A program made the translations under genes and the position numbers. From Octopus bimaculoides (lineage: Eukaryota), in assembly GCF_001194135.2 (NCBI RefSeq), contig NC_068995.1, positions 468,035-532,034 on the forward strand: DNA of 64,000 nt, written 5' to 3'. Shown piece by piece: positions 1 through 12,641 of the stretch. Under the pieces are notes generated by a model. The model was not told where the DNA came from. It saw only the letters and a list, made by a program, of their open reading frames with translations, and did no database searches. How positions within the stretch are numbered: the first letter of the stretch is position 1; every line of letters starts with the position of its first letter.

Positions 1-117
1 TGTCCTGCCCGCATACTGTTTGTTACTTCGCTAAATTTCCTTTGAGAACAATTCGGTCTTAGTAGACACATTACATGTGATCTTCTTCTAGCACATTAAC
101 AGTCCACCTAGTGGTCT

Positions 118-156
<39 letters not shown>

Positions 157-250
157 CAAAAACACAATAACAAAAAAACAAAAAAACAACAAGGTGAGGA
201 CGTGATATGGATAGTATTATTGGACGCTCAGGAAAGGAAAGAGAGTGTAT

Positions 251-277
251 GACGTTTCGGGCGTAGCCCTTCGTCGG
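251..277 (-). ncRNA. Minimal hammerhead-ribozyme-like motif (U4->C variant) in a probable Penelope-derived repeat
   Basis: Minus strand reads CCGACGA-A-GGGC UAC GCCC-GAAAC-GUC. Stem II is perfect. Downstream CCTGAGCGTC (223-232) is shared with the motif at 9648. Confidence 0.45.
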
Positions 278-1345
278 AAAGATGGAAAGTTCGGAGAATG
301 GAAGAACGGAGAAAGAGGAAAATGGTACCGATGCCCACGAGGTTACATGGTCTATATGAATGTCCATATGAATGTGTGTGTGTGTGTTTCTATGTGTGTA
401 TCTATCTGTATAAGAAGTGCGTATCCATGGATGCAAATGTGTTTTAGAGGGAGAGAGAGGGAGAGAGAGAAAAGGAGAGAGAGAAAAGGAGAGAGAGAAA
501 AGGAGAGAGAGAGAGAGAGAATAAGGGAGAGAGAGAGTGTGAGGGAGGGAGGAAGGGAGGGAGAAAGGGGGCGAGACATTAAGCTAAGAATATATAAAGA
601 AAAGATCGAAGCAGAGAAACTTGTCCCTTTTTCTGACTCTTCCCATTTCCACTGTCTCCCCATTTCTTCCTCCTCCTCCTCCTCACATTAACAACAACAA
701 CAACAACGACAAACAAGGGGGAGGGTCCGTCCCGTTGATGACCGTTGCACAAGAAATGGTAACGGAAGACAGAACGGAACTAGCATCTCGCAAGTGCACG
801 TGTTAGACCACCATTTGTTTATTTATTCATTTACTGGTCCCTATTTTACTCCTATCAATTGGAGATCCTTATTTTAACCATGGAAGGTCCAATAAGCCTT
901 TTGTTTCTTTTGCTTTTATTTCTATTTATTCATTTTTGTTTTCGATAAATTTCCTCTTCCTTCCTCCCAATTCGAACCCCACACGTTTTTATTCATTTAT
1001 ATTTAAATTCGGAAAAACTTGTTCCACCTCCCACCTTTGCTCCTCATTATTCTCAGTATTTCTTGCTTTTTGTTGTTGTTTTCTTCCATTAATTCTTGCC
1101 AACCACTTTTTTTTTTATTTTGTCATTATGTCCTAATAATTTCTCGACAGACAGCCGTTGACCTTGTGGCGAATAAAATACATCATTATTATTATTATTA
1201 CTATTATTATTATTATTATTATTACTATTATTATTATTATTACTATTATTACTATTATTATTATTATTATTATTACTATTAACATTATTATTATTATCTT
1301 CATCATCATCATCATCATCATTTATGTTTTGAGCATCAAATCCCA

Positions 1346-1430
1346 CTGAAGTCGACTTTGCCTTTCATCCTTTGAGAGTCGATAAAATCAAGTACCAGTG
1401 AAATACTGGGGTGCGTATAACTGGTTATTG
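1346..1430 (+). mobile_element. tRNA-derived SINE family 1, 3'-half fragment
   Basis: gaagtcgactttgcctttcatcctttgagagtcgataaaatcaagtaccagtgaaatactgggg matches the body of the full copies at 46872 and 49702. Confidence 0.8.
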
Positions 1431-1530
1431 TTTCCTCCTTTAAATTTTTATTCCTAGCAACTCTATTTGAAGTAATTATTATTTGGCTGCATTGTTAAGG
1501 AATACGAGACCAGACAGTCAGTGGCCTTAC

Positions 1531-1573
1531 CGGTGCCAAAGCTACTTGATGGCACGTCCATCTTAGTAAGGAA
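1531..1573 (-). CDS. Candidate 43-nt exon (FLTKMDVPSSSFGT, or 5'UTR plus MDVPSSSFGT)
   Basis: Minus strand has acceptor ctcttgaactcttcctacag| and donor |gtaagg, with an internal aagATGg. No homology recognised. Confidence 0.27.
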
Positions 1574-2083
1574 CTGTAGGAAGAGTTCAAGAGCAGAGGG
1601 TCTTCATAGAAATAGTCCCCATCATGTAAATGTTTTGATCCTTAATTCTTTAGGCTCTAAAGGGGCAGCATTGAAGTGATGACAACTCGATACCCTTCAG
1701 CTATCACATCGAGATATATTGGCTGCATTGCATCCATTCCAGATAATTAAGGTGCCCCGGAGCCAAGTTCCTTTGTGTTAGCTTTCGTTTTCTTCACTAA
1801 ATTAAAATAATTTCAAATAATGTATCAGTCGGAATACAGGTATCATATTAAAGTTGTGTTATTAACACAGGTAAAATGTTTGATGTTATTTATATTAAAC
1901 ATTATTGTTCGTAAGATGGCATTCCTTGCTGTTATGAATTTATTTCTTAATTTGTGTTTCTCGTCACAGTTCGAAATTACAACCATTGCCACCATCATCA
2001 TCATCATCAAGGTTACTGTAATTCTAAACGTCACCTCCACCATCACCACTTCTACTGACATCGTCGTCATCCTTGTCTTCGTA

Positions 2084-2155
<72 letters not shown>

Positions 2156-2566
2156 CGCATATGTGTGTGTGTGTGTATAAGTATGCATGTATGTGTGTTG
2201 GTGTCCTAATCCTTATTCTTATCATTGTTAGAGTTGCTGCTGCTGTTATTGTTGTTGTCGTGTTCGTCGTCGTCGTTTTACTCACGGCTATTCAAGACCA
2301 ATCCAGACTAGTGCTTGTGTTTTCATGTAACGTGAGGAACACATGCTTAGCGAAACATTAATTTCAATTTTATTTCTTGTTTGTATTCATGAGTCAGAAC
2401 TTAACGTTGAGTGTAGGTAGAACCAGGGCGTGGTTGCTGGCAAATTTATATTTTAATTTAATCAATCGTTCCGCTTATGTATTTTATAGCTTAGCAGACC
2501 TCCTATGTTTTGTTTCGATTTTCGGTTTGATAGAAACAAAATTACTTTCGAATGTCTTTTATATAG

Positions 2567-2608
<42 letters not shown>

Positions 2609-2809
2609 NNNNNNNNNNNNNNNNNNNNNNNNNNNNNNNNNNNNNNNNNNNNNNNNNNNNNNNNNNNNNNNNNNNNNNNNNNNNNNNNNNNNNNNNNNNN
2701 NNNNNNNNNNNNNNNNNNNNNNNNNNNNNNNNNNNNNNNNNNNNNNNNNNNNNNNNNNNNNNNNNNNNNNNNNNNNNNNNNTATTTAAATATCTGTGTAT
2801 ATGTGTATG

Positions 2810-2840
<31 letters not shown>

Positions 2841-3311
2841 GCGCATGTGTGTGTGTGTGTGTGTGTGTGTCTATGCACACAAAACACAAATAAAGCATTT
2901 CATCACGTTTATCAAACAAGTCCATTTTACTAAATCCTGGTACTAAATTCTTAACAGGGCTTTACGTGGTGATGATGATGAGGAGGAGGAGGAGAAGAAG
3001 AACAACAACAACAACAACAGTAACATCGGCAACAACAATAAGTATTACGTCTGTTCTCATTCATTTATTCATTGTTTTGCATTCTTTACTCTAATATAGC
3101 ATCATCATCAATGACAAAGATAAGAATAAAACAATGACATAACAGAACGCTGAATGATCAAATATTTATTAAGCCAAAGAAATCAATCATCCATAGCCAT
3201 ATGATGACGACAACAACAACAACAACGACAACAAAGAGACAATATTAACGGGAAAAAGAATATTTAATAATGAGCAATGAATAAATATAGAGAAACTCCA
3301 CAAATATAAAT

Positions 3312-3362
<51 letters not shown>

Positions 3363-3369
3363 TTAATCA

Positions 3370-3435
<66 letters not shown>

Positions 3436-3801
3436 GGCAGAGGAACTCCGCCTTCAAAACTATAAAAAGGCAAAAACGAAAACAATAAACACGATGGCCA
3501 CAACAAAACAAAAAAGGTGGAGCGCTGATATGACATAAATTTAAAATAACGCCAGCCAAATGCACAAGTACCAAATTATAGACAGAAATATAAAGGTTGT
3601 GCAATTAATTTACGTTTCAGTGAATTTTATTTCGATCTTCAGAGAAAAGGAAAATATTTTTACTGTTCTTTTTTTCTTCTTTTCTTAAGTGTTCATGTTT
3701 TTCTTGTTTTGTCTTGATATCTATAAATATATGCATCTATGTATCTATCACTCTCTCTCTCTCTCTTTGCCTTTCTTATTCTCTCTCTTCCTTTCTTATT
3801 G

Positions 3802-3879
<78 letters not shown>

Positions 3880-3917
3880 NNNNNNNNNNNNNNNNNNNNN
3901 NNNNNNNNNNNNNNNNN

Positions 3918-4001
<84 letters not shown>

Positions 4002-4643
4002 AATTCAAACGCATACATATTTACGTATACACACACACATACATATACACAACACACACACAAACATATATACATACTAGATAGATAAATGGATATAGAT
4101 ACATACATGCATACATATATACACACATAAAGATAACATAAGCTATGCATACATACACACACACACACATGTCTGCTTTGTTTCTCCAATGTATTTTTGT
4201 CTGTTTCCCGTCCATTTTTGAAAGTGAGTTACGCGTCCGTTCAACAACGAAAGATTGTTTGACCAGTCTAAAGACAAGTGTTCACTTGGTGATCATGCAG
4301 ACCCACGGTCCATTGTGTCCTCAGAGATTCAATGACCTTTCCTGCTCCTTACAGCCTCACCGCACCGTCTCACTATACTAAACTATGATACACACGCACA
4401 TACAGATGTGTGTGTATGTATGTATATATATATATATATACACACACGCATACACAGAGACACACATACACACACACAATTAGACAAATACACTTATGAA
4501 CAATCGTAGTCGCGAGGTGAATGAAATTGAAAAGTACATGAGTCGAGTCAAGGAAAGCGAGGGAAATTCTGAGGAAGACGTGAATGAAGAGAATGAAAGG
4601 AAAGGATTAGAGGAATATAAAAATCTTTTTCAATCTATCTCTA

Positions 4644-4677
<34 letters not shown>

Positions 4678-4679
4678 AC

Positions 4680-4743
<64 letters not shown>

Positions 4744-6146
4744 CCAGGTGAAATAAAATCATAAAAAGAGTTATTTCATTGAATAAAACAGAATAGAACT
4801 TTCATTAACTGTTCAAACAGAGCTAGCTCCCCCTCTCGGCGGCGGGATTAGCCAAGGGCAGCAAATTTTGACAAATGTATCCCTTTTTCTCTCACTATTC
4901 TCTTTTAGTTCTTCTTTCAGCCATTTTCATTCTCGTTGCTTTTGAAATTATTTTTATCACTTTTGTTACTGTTGCATTCATAATTGCTGTGATTATTCGG
5001 GCAGCAGCAGTGGCCGCAGCAGCAGCTCTATTAGCAGTGGTTGTTGTTGTTGTCGATGGATTAATTGTTGTTGAGATTGTTATTGTCATTAACTCGTTTG
5101 TTTATCATAGTGTTGTACTGTTTCGTCATCATCATCATCATCATCATCATCATCTTCTCTTCCTCCCCCTCCTCATTCTTATCTTCCTCTCTTTCCTTTA
5201 TCGTCTTTATTGTCGTTGCTGTGGTCCTCAACATCATCATCATCAACATTCTCTGAAATCTACTACTACTACTACTGCTGCTGCTGCTAAAAGTCGTAGC
5301 GATAGCACTAACAACAGCAATAATAATGATGATGATGATGATGTTGATGACAGCGATGATGTTGGTTACTTTTATTCGCCTCAGGGGAATCCAATAAAGG
5401 GGACACTACAAGGACAGGTTACAATGTGTGAGGGTGGGTGGGTTACAAGAGAAGAGAATAAAAAAGAAGAGGAGCGGGGGGAGGGGCAAGAAATTAGATA
5501 AAAATGCTTATTATTATTATTATTATTATTATTATTGTTTGGTCCTTTCTTATCCGTTAATTACTTTCTCTCTTTTTACTAATCATAATTCGCCAATATG
5601 CAAATGCTTTTTTTAAAATGTCGCCCAATGCAAAACCCCCACCACCACCACCACCACTGCCGTAACCGTTTTTATTTTGGGTAATTAACTTTGTTTTATT
5701 TATCCACAAACACACACCCCCATACACACACATATATATGTATACATATGTCTGTGTGTGCGTGTATGATATTTAAATACTTTCCGTTCCTTATTCTTTA
5801 TTTCGAACGTTTTCCTCTCCCTATTTCTGCCCACTAAATTTTAACAACAACAACAACAACAATAATAATAATAATAATACTACAATAACAACAATTAAAT
5901 AAAACAAGTCCCGAATGCTCCGCCCTTGTCTCCATTCTCTTATTTACCGTAACGACAGATAAAGTTATTTGACTGTTATTTCTGAAAACAAAATAAAAAA
6001 TTTTAAAAAAAGCTAATAGTTATAACAAAAAAAAAACAACCTTTTCACGATTTCCATAAGCAATGTTTTCATAGAAAACAGGTGACTGGAATTATTATCG
6101 CCATTATTATTGCTACTTCTGCAGTTGAATGAAGGGTAGAGGAGGG

Positions 6147-6544
6147 AGTAAGCGAAAACAGGTAGGGGCAGTAACAGAATGGCCAAACCCCGACCACCAA
6201 CAGTCTTTTTGTTTGACGTTATGGCCCCACTGTGTCCTGCTTTATACCCCGCTCCCTTGGATAACATCAATTTTGACTGTAATTCTTTCACGAGGTCAAT
6301 ACTACGATAAATGACATAACTACATGGTTAAAGAAGTTCACTTCGCAACCTCCTTAACCATGTAGTTATGTCATTTATCGTAGTATTGACCTCGTGAAAG
6401 AATTACAGTCAAAATTGATGTTACCCAAGGGAGCGGGGTAAGGTATAAAGGAGGACACAGTGGGGTCATAACGTCAAACAAAAAAGACTGTTGGTGGTCG
6501 GGGTTTGGCCATTCTGTTACTGCCCCTACCTGTCTTTGCTTACT
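6147..6544. repeat. Long fold-back inverted repeat: arms 6147-6331 and 6354-6544, 22-nt spacer
   Basis: Arms are reverse complements with 5 substitutions, a 1-nt poly-T indel and a 5-nt indel. The innermost 70 bp are perfect. Confidence 0.95.
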
Positions 6545-7832
6545 TAACAGAAAAATACGAAAATTGTTGACAATGCATAGAATGCACCACCCTAAGGCAG
6601 ATATAGAACGACTCTACCTGCCAAGAAAAGAAGGTGGCCGTGGACTTTTACAACTGGAATTAACAATGAAGATTGCCACAATTGACTTAGACACCTACCT
6701 GAAGAACTCTGAGGACTGGATGTTAAAACTTGTCTCAAAGCACGAAAACAAAACAGGCAAAGGAATATCTAAGTGAATTCCAAATACAACAAACCCCAGA
6801 ATTAGACAAACTAGAAACAAGCACAAAAAAAGCTAAGCGCATGAAAACCCGTGCTAAAACTGCTGCCTTAGATACTCTTACTGATAAATGGCAAGAAAAA
6901 CCCCTCAATGGCAAATACCCAAAGAGAGCTAATAGTGCCAATGTTGACAAAGCCCTTACCCATCAATGGTTAGTGTCTTCTGGCTTAAAATCAGAGACAG
7001 AAGGGTTGATGATAGCAGCCCAAGATCAATGTCTACCTACAAGGAGCTACCAGGCCAACATATTAAAGAATGGCAGCTGCCCAACATGTCGTGTATGTAA
7101 ACAAGATGAAACTATTCATCATGTCTCCATGTGCAGTCTTCTTGCGCCTACAGAGTATCTCAACAGGCATGCTAGAGCAGCACAATATATCCACTGAGTA
7201 ATTTTCAAAAACTTGGACCTGCCCCATGATAAAAACTGGTGGGAACACAAACCACCCCCAGTACTTCAAAACGATTACATCTTACTCCTCTGGAACTTCA
7301 CCATTCAAACTGACAGAAAAGATATATGCAAATAGGCCAGACATCATACTGAAAGACTTCAGACAAAAATCATGCCTCTTCATTGATATGACTGTCCCAA
7401 TCGATATAAACCTATCTGTCAAGACCTACCAAAAACTGAGCAAATATAAAGATCTTGAAATAGAAATTAGCAAAATGTGGAACCTCAAGACTAAAACAAT
7501 ACCTGTTGTCATAGGTGCCCTAGGAATGATAGCAAAAGAGGCTGATTCCTACCTAGCTCAGATACCAGGAAACTCCAAAATGTAAAAGATAGTTTTCATG
7601 GGAACTGCCCATATCCTACGTAAAATACTATCTATGTAATCTCAAATTTAAAAACAAATTCATGATTTTCTTATATTTTCTTAAAAATTCTCTAGAACAA
7701 TTCTATGTGCAAAACCAAATATATGACACCCTAGGCATAACACCAACTTGAGCATCTAACTTGTTGTCTCTTGGGGTCTCTGAGTGAGACTTGGAGCCAA
7801 CTTGTACAAATACAATGCGAAAGTCAAACATA
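6545..7832 (+). mobile_element. 5'-truncated, decayed R4/Dong-clade non-LTR retrotransposon (end of RT, CCHC finger, restriction-like endonuclease, 3'UTR)
   Basis: Frameshifted reading gives RKLLTMHRMHHPKADIERLYLPRKEGGRGL, ETEGLMIAAQDQCLPTR, CPTCRVC..ETIHH..C, RH, RPDIILKD..FIDMTVPIDIN..KLSKYKDL and IPVVIGALG. Stop at 7637-7639. The 3' end runs into an (AAT)n tract. Confidence 0.9.
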
Positions 7833-9481
7833 TAATAATAATAACAATAATAATTATAATAATAATAATAATAACAACAGTAACAACAGCAACAACAACA
7901 ACAACAATAATAATAATTACTCTTATTTGCCCCCAAGGCGAAGGAGGAGGGGGACAATAGAAAGGCAAGGGATTTATATAAAATGATGTTATGAGGGCAA
8001 AGCAAAAAAAAACAAAAAAAAAACAAAATGCAATCTTACAGGTGGTTGCTAAGTAACATTATTGACTCGGCCATTTGCAGATAAGACAGTTAATGTGTCG
8101 CTGTTATTGCTGTGAAGTCCCAGGCCTAACTTGACTAAGAATAACTCTAATCAAAGCCATTCCAGCCGTGACGATGCCGTGGTAATATAATTATTTATAG
8201 ATACATGGATGTAAAGATGTGTTCGTGGTTAAGAAGAACGATTTGCCAGCGTGCTTTTGTATTGCATCTCCGTGCACAGCAGCCGGAGTAAGCGCTTGCT
8301 ACCACAGTCCGGATTGGTCAATACATTGGGAGTAAAATTAAATAGGATGAAGTGTGCTGAAGCCTGTCCGTGGAACTTCTTCACCCGGTTTAACTGCAGC
8401 CGAAACTGGACTTTATGTCTAGATTTATGATTTGAGGAAACCATCGTTTCGTTCCACATTTCAGAGGCCCCGAAACTGGGTAGCAAAGTGTAAGAACACA
8501 TCTATTAGTTTATTACACTAACACAGCAAAAGACTATAAAAATCCGTTGTAAGATTTACGAGATCAATACACTAGCAAAACAAATAAAAGCCAGACTCGT
8601 AGAGATAACAATTTGACAATGAATCTCTCCCCCTCTCTCTCTCTCTTCATATACAGGCTGTGCTATTCTCTGTTAAATGTAAATTGCGCTATTTTCAAGT
8701 GTTATTGTATGGTGCATCTCTACCAAGGAAAGAACACGCCATGACAGTATACTCACCACATCTTTTGCCAAATGTGTTACGCCACCGATGTATTGTTTTC
8801 TTAACGACTTTACATACAACACGAATCCCTCAAACCTTTAATCATATATCCAAAAATCACCATGGTTCCCAAACACATAAATAAAATAATACGTATACAT
8901 GAAATCACAGAAGGTAAAAGTATATAATCGAATAAAATACAAATAGAACGGCCAATCGAAAATGTTAAATATAAACGGTTAAAAATCAAAAAAACTACCA
9001 GAAAACCTAATAGACAAATATAAAATAAAGCTAAAAATAAAACAAATATTCACCGACTAAAAAAGTTTTATCAGACGATTAAAATATTTTTTTTTAATTT
9101 CTTCAAATTTTTTTTTTTAAATATTTGAAAAAATCTTTTAGGTGATCCTTCGTTTCCAGTTCCAAAGCTGTCACTGAAACCACGTGTGTTTATTTACATC
9201 ACATCGGCCTTTTCCGTAAAAGGGTTTTAGGGTTTGGGTTAGGGAATTCCGTCCCTAACGTAAGATCGCCTAGAAGCCTAATTTCTCAAGATTGGTATTT
9301 AGGCAGTGTGCTACATATGCCAGGGCCTCAATAATTACCGGTATAAACCTGAACTTGTAATCTGGATTGAGTAATGCATGTATCTATGTATGTATGTATT
9401 ATATCTATGTATATCAGACATATAGGTGTGTGTGTATATGTATTTATACATGTGTGTGTGTGTGTAAATATATACGTATAT

Positions 9482-9518
<37 letters not shown>

Positions 9519-9519
9519 T

Positions 9520-9551
<32 letters not shown>

Positions 9552-9647
9552 GATCTCTTAATTTTTGCCTTTATATATATTTGACCGTTGACTGAACACT
9601 ATTCAATTTTTTTTCTCCGTGTTTTTCTCCTTGTCTCCGTATTCTTT

Positions 9648-9680
9648 CTGTTGAAGAGCGTAGCTCGAAACGTCAAAGAC
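9648..9680 (+). ncRNA. Minimal (dimer-type) type I hammerhead-like motif, A6->U variant, in a probable Penelope-derived repeat
   Basis: UCUUU-CUGUUGA-A-GAGC GUA GCUC-GAAAC-GUC-AAAGA: 5-bp stem I, 4-bp stem II, palindromic ACGU in place of stem III. Confidence 0.5.
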
Positions 9681-11214
9681 TTTCCGTATTCCTGAGCGTC
9701 ATACTAATNNNNNNNNNNNNNNNNNNNNNNNNNNNNNNNNNNNNNNNNNNNNNNNNNNNNNNNNNNNNNNNNNNNNNNNNNNNNNNNNNNNNNNNNNNNN
9801 NNNNNNNNNNNNNNNNNNNNNNNNNNNNNNNNNNNNNNNNNNNNNNNNNNNNNNNNNNNNNNNNNNNNNNNNNNNNNNNNNNNNNNNNNNNNNNNNNNNN
9901 NNNNNNNNNNNNNNNNNNNNNNNNNNNNNNNNNNNNNNNNNNNNNNNNNNNNNNNNNNNNNNNNNNNNNNNNNNNNNNNNNNNNNNNNNNNNNNNNNNNN
10001 NNNNNNNNNNNNNNNNNNNNNNNNNNNNNNNNNNNNNNNNNNNNNNNNNNNNNNNNNNNNNNNNNNNNNNNNNNNNNNNNNNNNNNNNNNNNNNNNNNNN
10101 NNNNNNNNNNNNNNNNNNNNNNNNNNNNNNNNNNNNNNNNNNNNNNNNNNNNNNNNNNNNNNNNNNNNNNNNNNNNNNNNNNNNNNNNNNNNNNNNNNNN
10201 NNNNNNNNNNNNNNNNNNNNNNNNNNNNNNNNNNNNNNNNNNNNNNNNNNNNNNNNNNNNNNNNNNNNNNNNNNNNNNNNNNNNNNNNNNNNNNNNNNNN
10301 NNNNNNNNNNNNNNNNNNNNNNNNNNNNNNNNNNNNNNNNNNNNNNNNNNNNNNNNNNNNNNNNNNNNNNNNNNNNNNNNNNNNNNNNNNNNNNNNNNNN
10401 NNNNNNNNNNNNNNNNNNNNNNNNNNNNNNNNNNNNNNNNNNNNNNNNNNNNNNNNNTCACACCCACACACGCCTCTCACCGTCACCCACCAACAGTGAG
10501 CTTTAGATAGTCAAGAGCGTACATCGCACGTGCAAGACTGGGGTGACGGGGGGTGGCGGGTCGGGTTCAGAGTGTGTGTGTGTGTACAGGGGTGGGTGGG
10601 AGGATGGCTAGTTTTTTTATATATTTTTATAGCTTTTACGGGTTTGTTAGAATTATTTTTGGTTTTATTCTTATTTAATTATTTAATTTCGGTGTGTGTG
10701 TGTGTGTGTGTGTCTCTGAGATAGTGTAACAGAGTTCGTATGTATATGTGAATCCGTATGTGTGTGTGTGTGTGTGTGTGAATGTGTATGTATGTGGGCA
10801 TGTGTATTTTCTTTATGTATGTGTTTGTGTCCGTCTGTGTATTTGCACGTTTGGTTGTGTGTGTGTGTGTGTTCTGTGTGTGTGTGTGTGTTCTGTGTTT
10901 ATACGTGTACGAAGACATAATTTTTACTTAACTGTGTATATGCATGTGCGCGTGTCTCTGTGTGCGCATATGTAAACTCATTGTACGCATGTGTGTGTGT
11001 GTGTGTGTGAGTGTAATATGCGATGCTTGTGCTTGTTACTGTGTACAATGCCTGATGTTTGCGTTTGTGGACGCATAGTATTTAGGAGGGCGTTGTAGTG
11101 TGCGTGTGTATGTATCTGTGTATGTCTGAGTGCGTGTGTGTGTATGTGTGTGTGTGTCATTTATCCCCTGCCGAAAGGCAATTATGATAGGAAGGGCTAC
11201 CCGTTGTTTTTCAG

Positions 11215-11250
11215 CCAGTGGTTTACAATGGAGTGGATGAACAGAAGCAA
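11215..11250 (+). CDS. Candidate 36-nt phase 0-0 microexon (PVVYNGVDEQKQ)
   Basis: Acceptor ccgttgtttttcag| and donor |gtgcgg with an open frame. No homology recognised. Confidence 0.15.
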
Positions 11251-11405
11251 GTGCGGGGTGTGGTGGTGGAAGGTGAAGGAAGGTGAAGGAAGGTGAAGGA
11301 GGGGGTTAGGGTTCTTGCGGGTGGTTTTGCAGCGGGGGGTGGGGGAGAAGAGGGTTGGGAGGTTGGTGGAGACTGAAAAGAGAGGGGCCTGAAGAAGAGA
11401 AAGAA

Positions 11406-11449
<44 letters not shown>

Positions 11450-11603
11450 GACTGAGAAATAAAGGGTGAAATTTATGGCTACGGTGAGGATTGATTGGAA
11501 ATAGAGAGGGAGAGAGAGAGAAGGGGAGGATAGATGGAGAGTTAGGTGTTAAACGAGAAGAAGAGAGAATAAGAGGAAAAGAGTGAGAGACTGAGACAGT
11601 GTA

Positions 11604-11639
<36 letters not shown>

Positions 11640-12564
11640 GGAGAGAGAGGGAAGTGAGAAGATGGGGATGAGGAGGACGGTCACAGGTAAAGTATAGAGT
11701 GATGGTGGCGGTGGCAGTGGTGGTGGTGGCAGTAGCGATGTCGTTGTTGGTGGTGGCGGTGGTACAAGTGTTTTTGGTGTTTTGGTTAGTGATAACGGTG
11801 ATGGTGGTGGTGGTGGTGGTGAAGAAAAGGCGAGGTTTGAGTGGTGTGGGGAGAGGACGGAGAGGTTGGTTAGGGGAGAGTACAAGGGGGGGGGGGAAAT
11901 ATGCAACACCCTGCGAAAAGTTAGTACATATAGTAGTAGTAGTAGTAGCAACAGTAGTAGTAGTAGTAAAGGAACAATGTGCAAAATCTCTGACTTTGTT
12001 ATATTTCTTTAAGTTCTGATTTCAAATCTCGCCAGGCATCCATTCTTTGCTATATTTCAATATTTTGTGGCCGATCAAGCAAAATAGCAGCCAAATGCTT
12101 TTTAGGACATGCCATTATTGACACCCATTCTCGTCCTAAACTTCTTACCTTGTGTCACAGACAATATTATCATTGTTGTTGTTGTTCTTGTTTAAACCGA
12201 AGGAGCAGTAATTGAACTCTGAGCCCAAACACTTCATACAGTTATCAATATGCGGGTTGGGTCAGCGGAGCACCAAACACTCACCGTAAATGGTAAATTT
12301 TCTCTCTTATTGACACACGCATGCACATCTGCTCTTGTAGTATGATGCCAGGATCTGGTCATAATTTGCATCCAACTATAACACACACGCTTAAAATACT
12401 ATGGCTGGAGATAGTCATTCTCTCTTTTAGTGCCTTATTATTTAACACACACACCGGTTAAGTTTCCACTCATTTACTTATTTATTTTTCCTACAATTTT
12501 CGTTGCGTCTCGCAACCTTTTCAATAGCCGTTGCAAACCAAATCCAAAAACGAAGTATATACAT

Positions 12565-12600
<36 letters not shown>

Positions 12601-12641
12601 ACACACACATGTATACACATATATTCGATAAGCTATCCCCG

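Noticed and set aside
8229-8501. 90-aa minus-strand ORF in moderately GC-rich unique sequence
   Set aside because: No recognisable motif or convincing splice sites.
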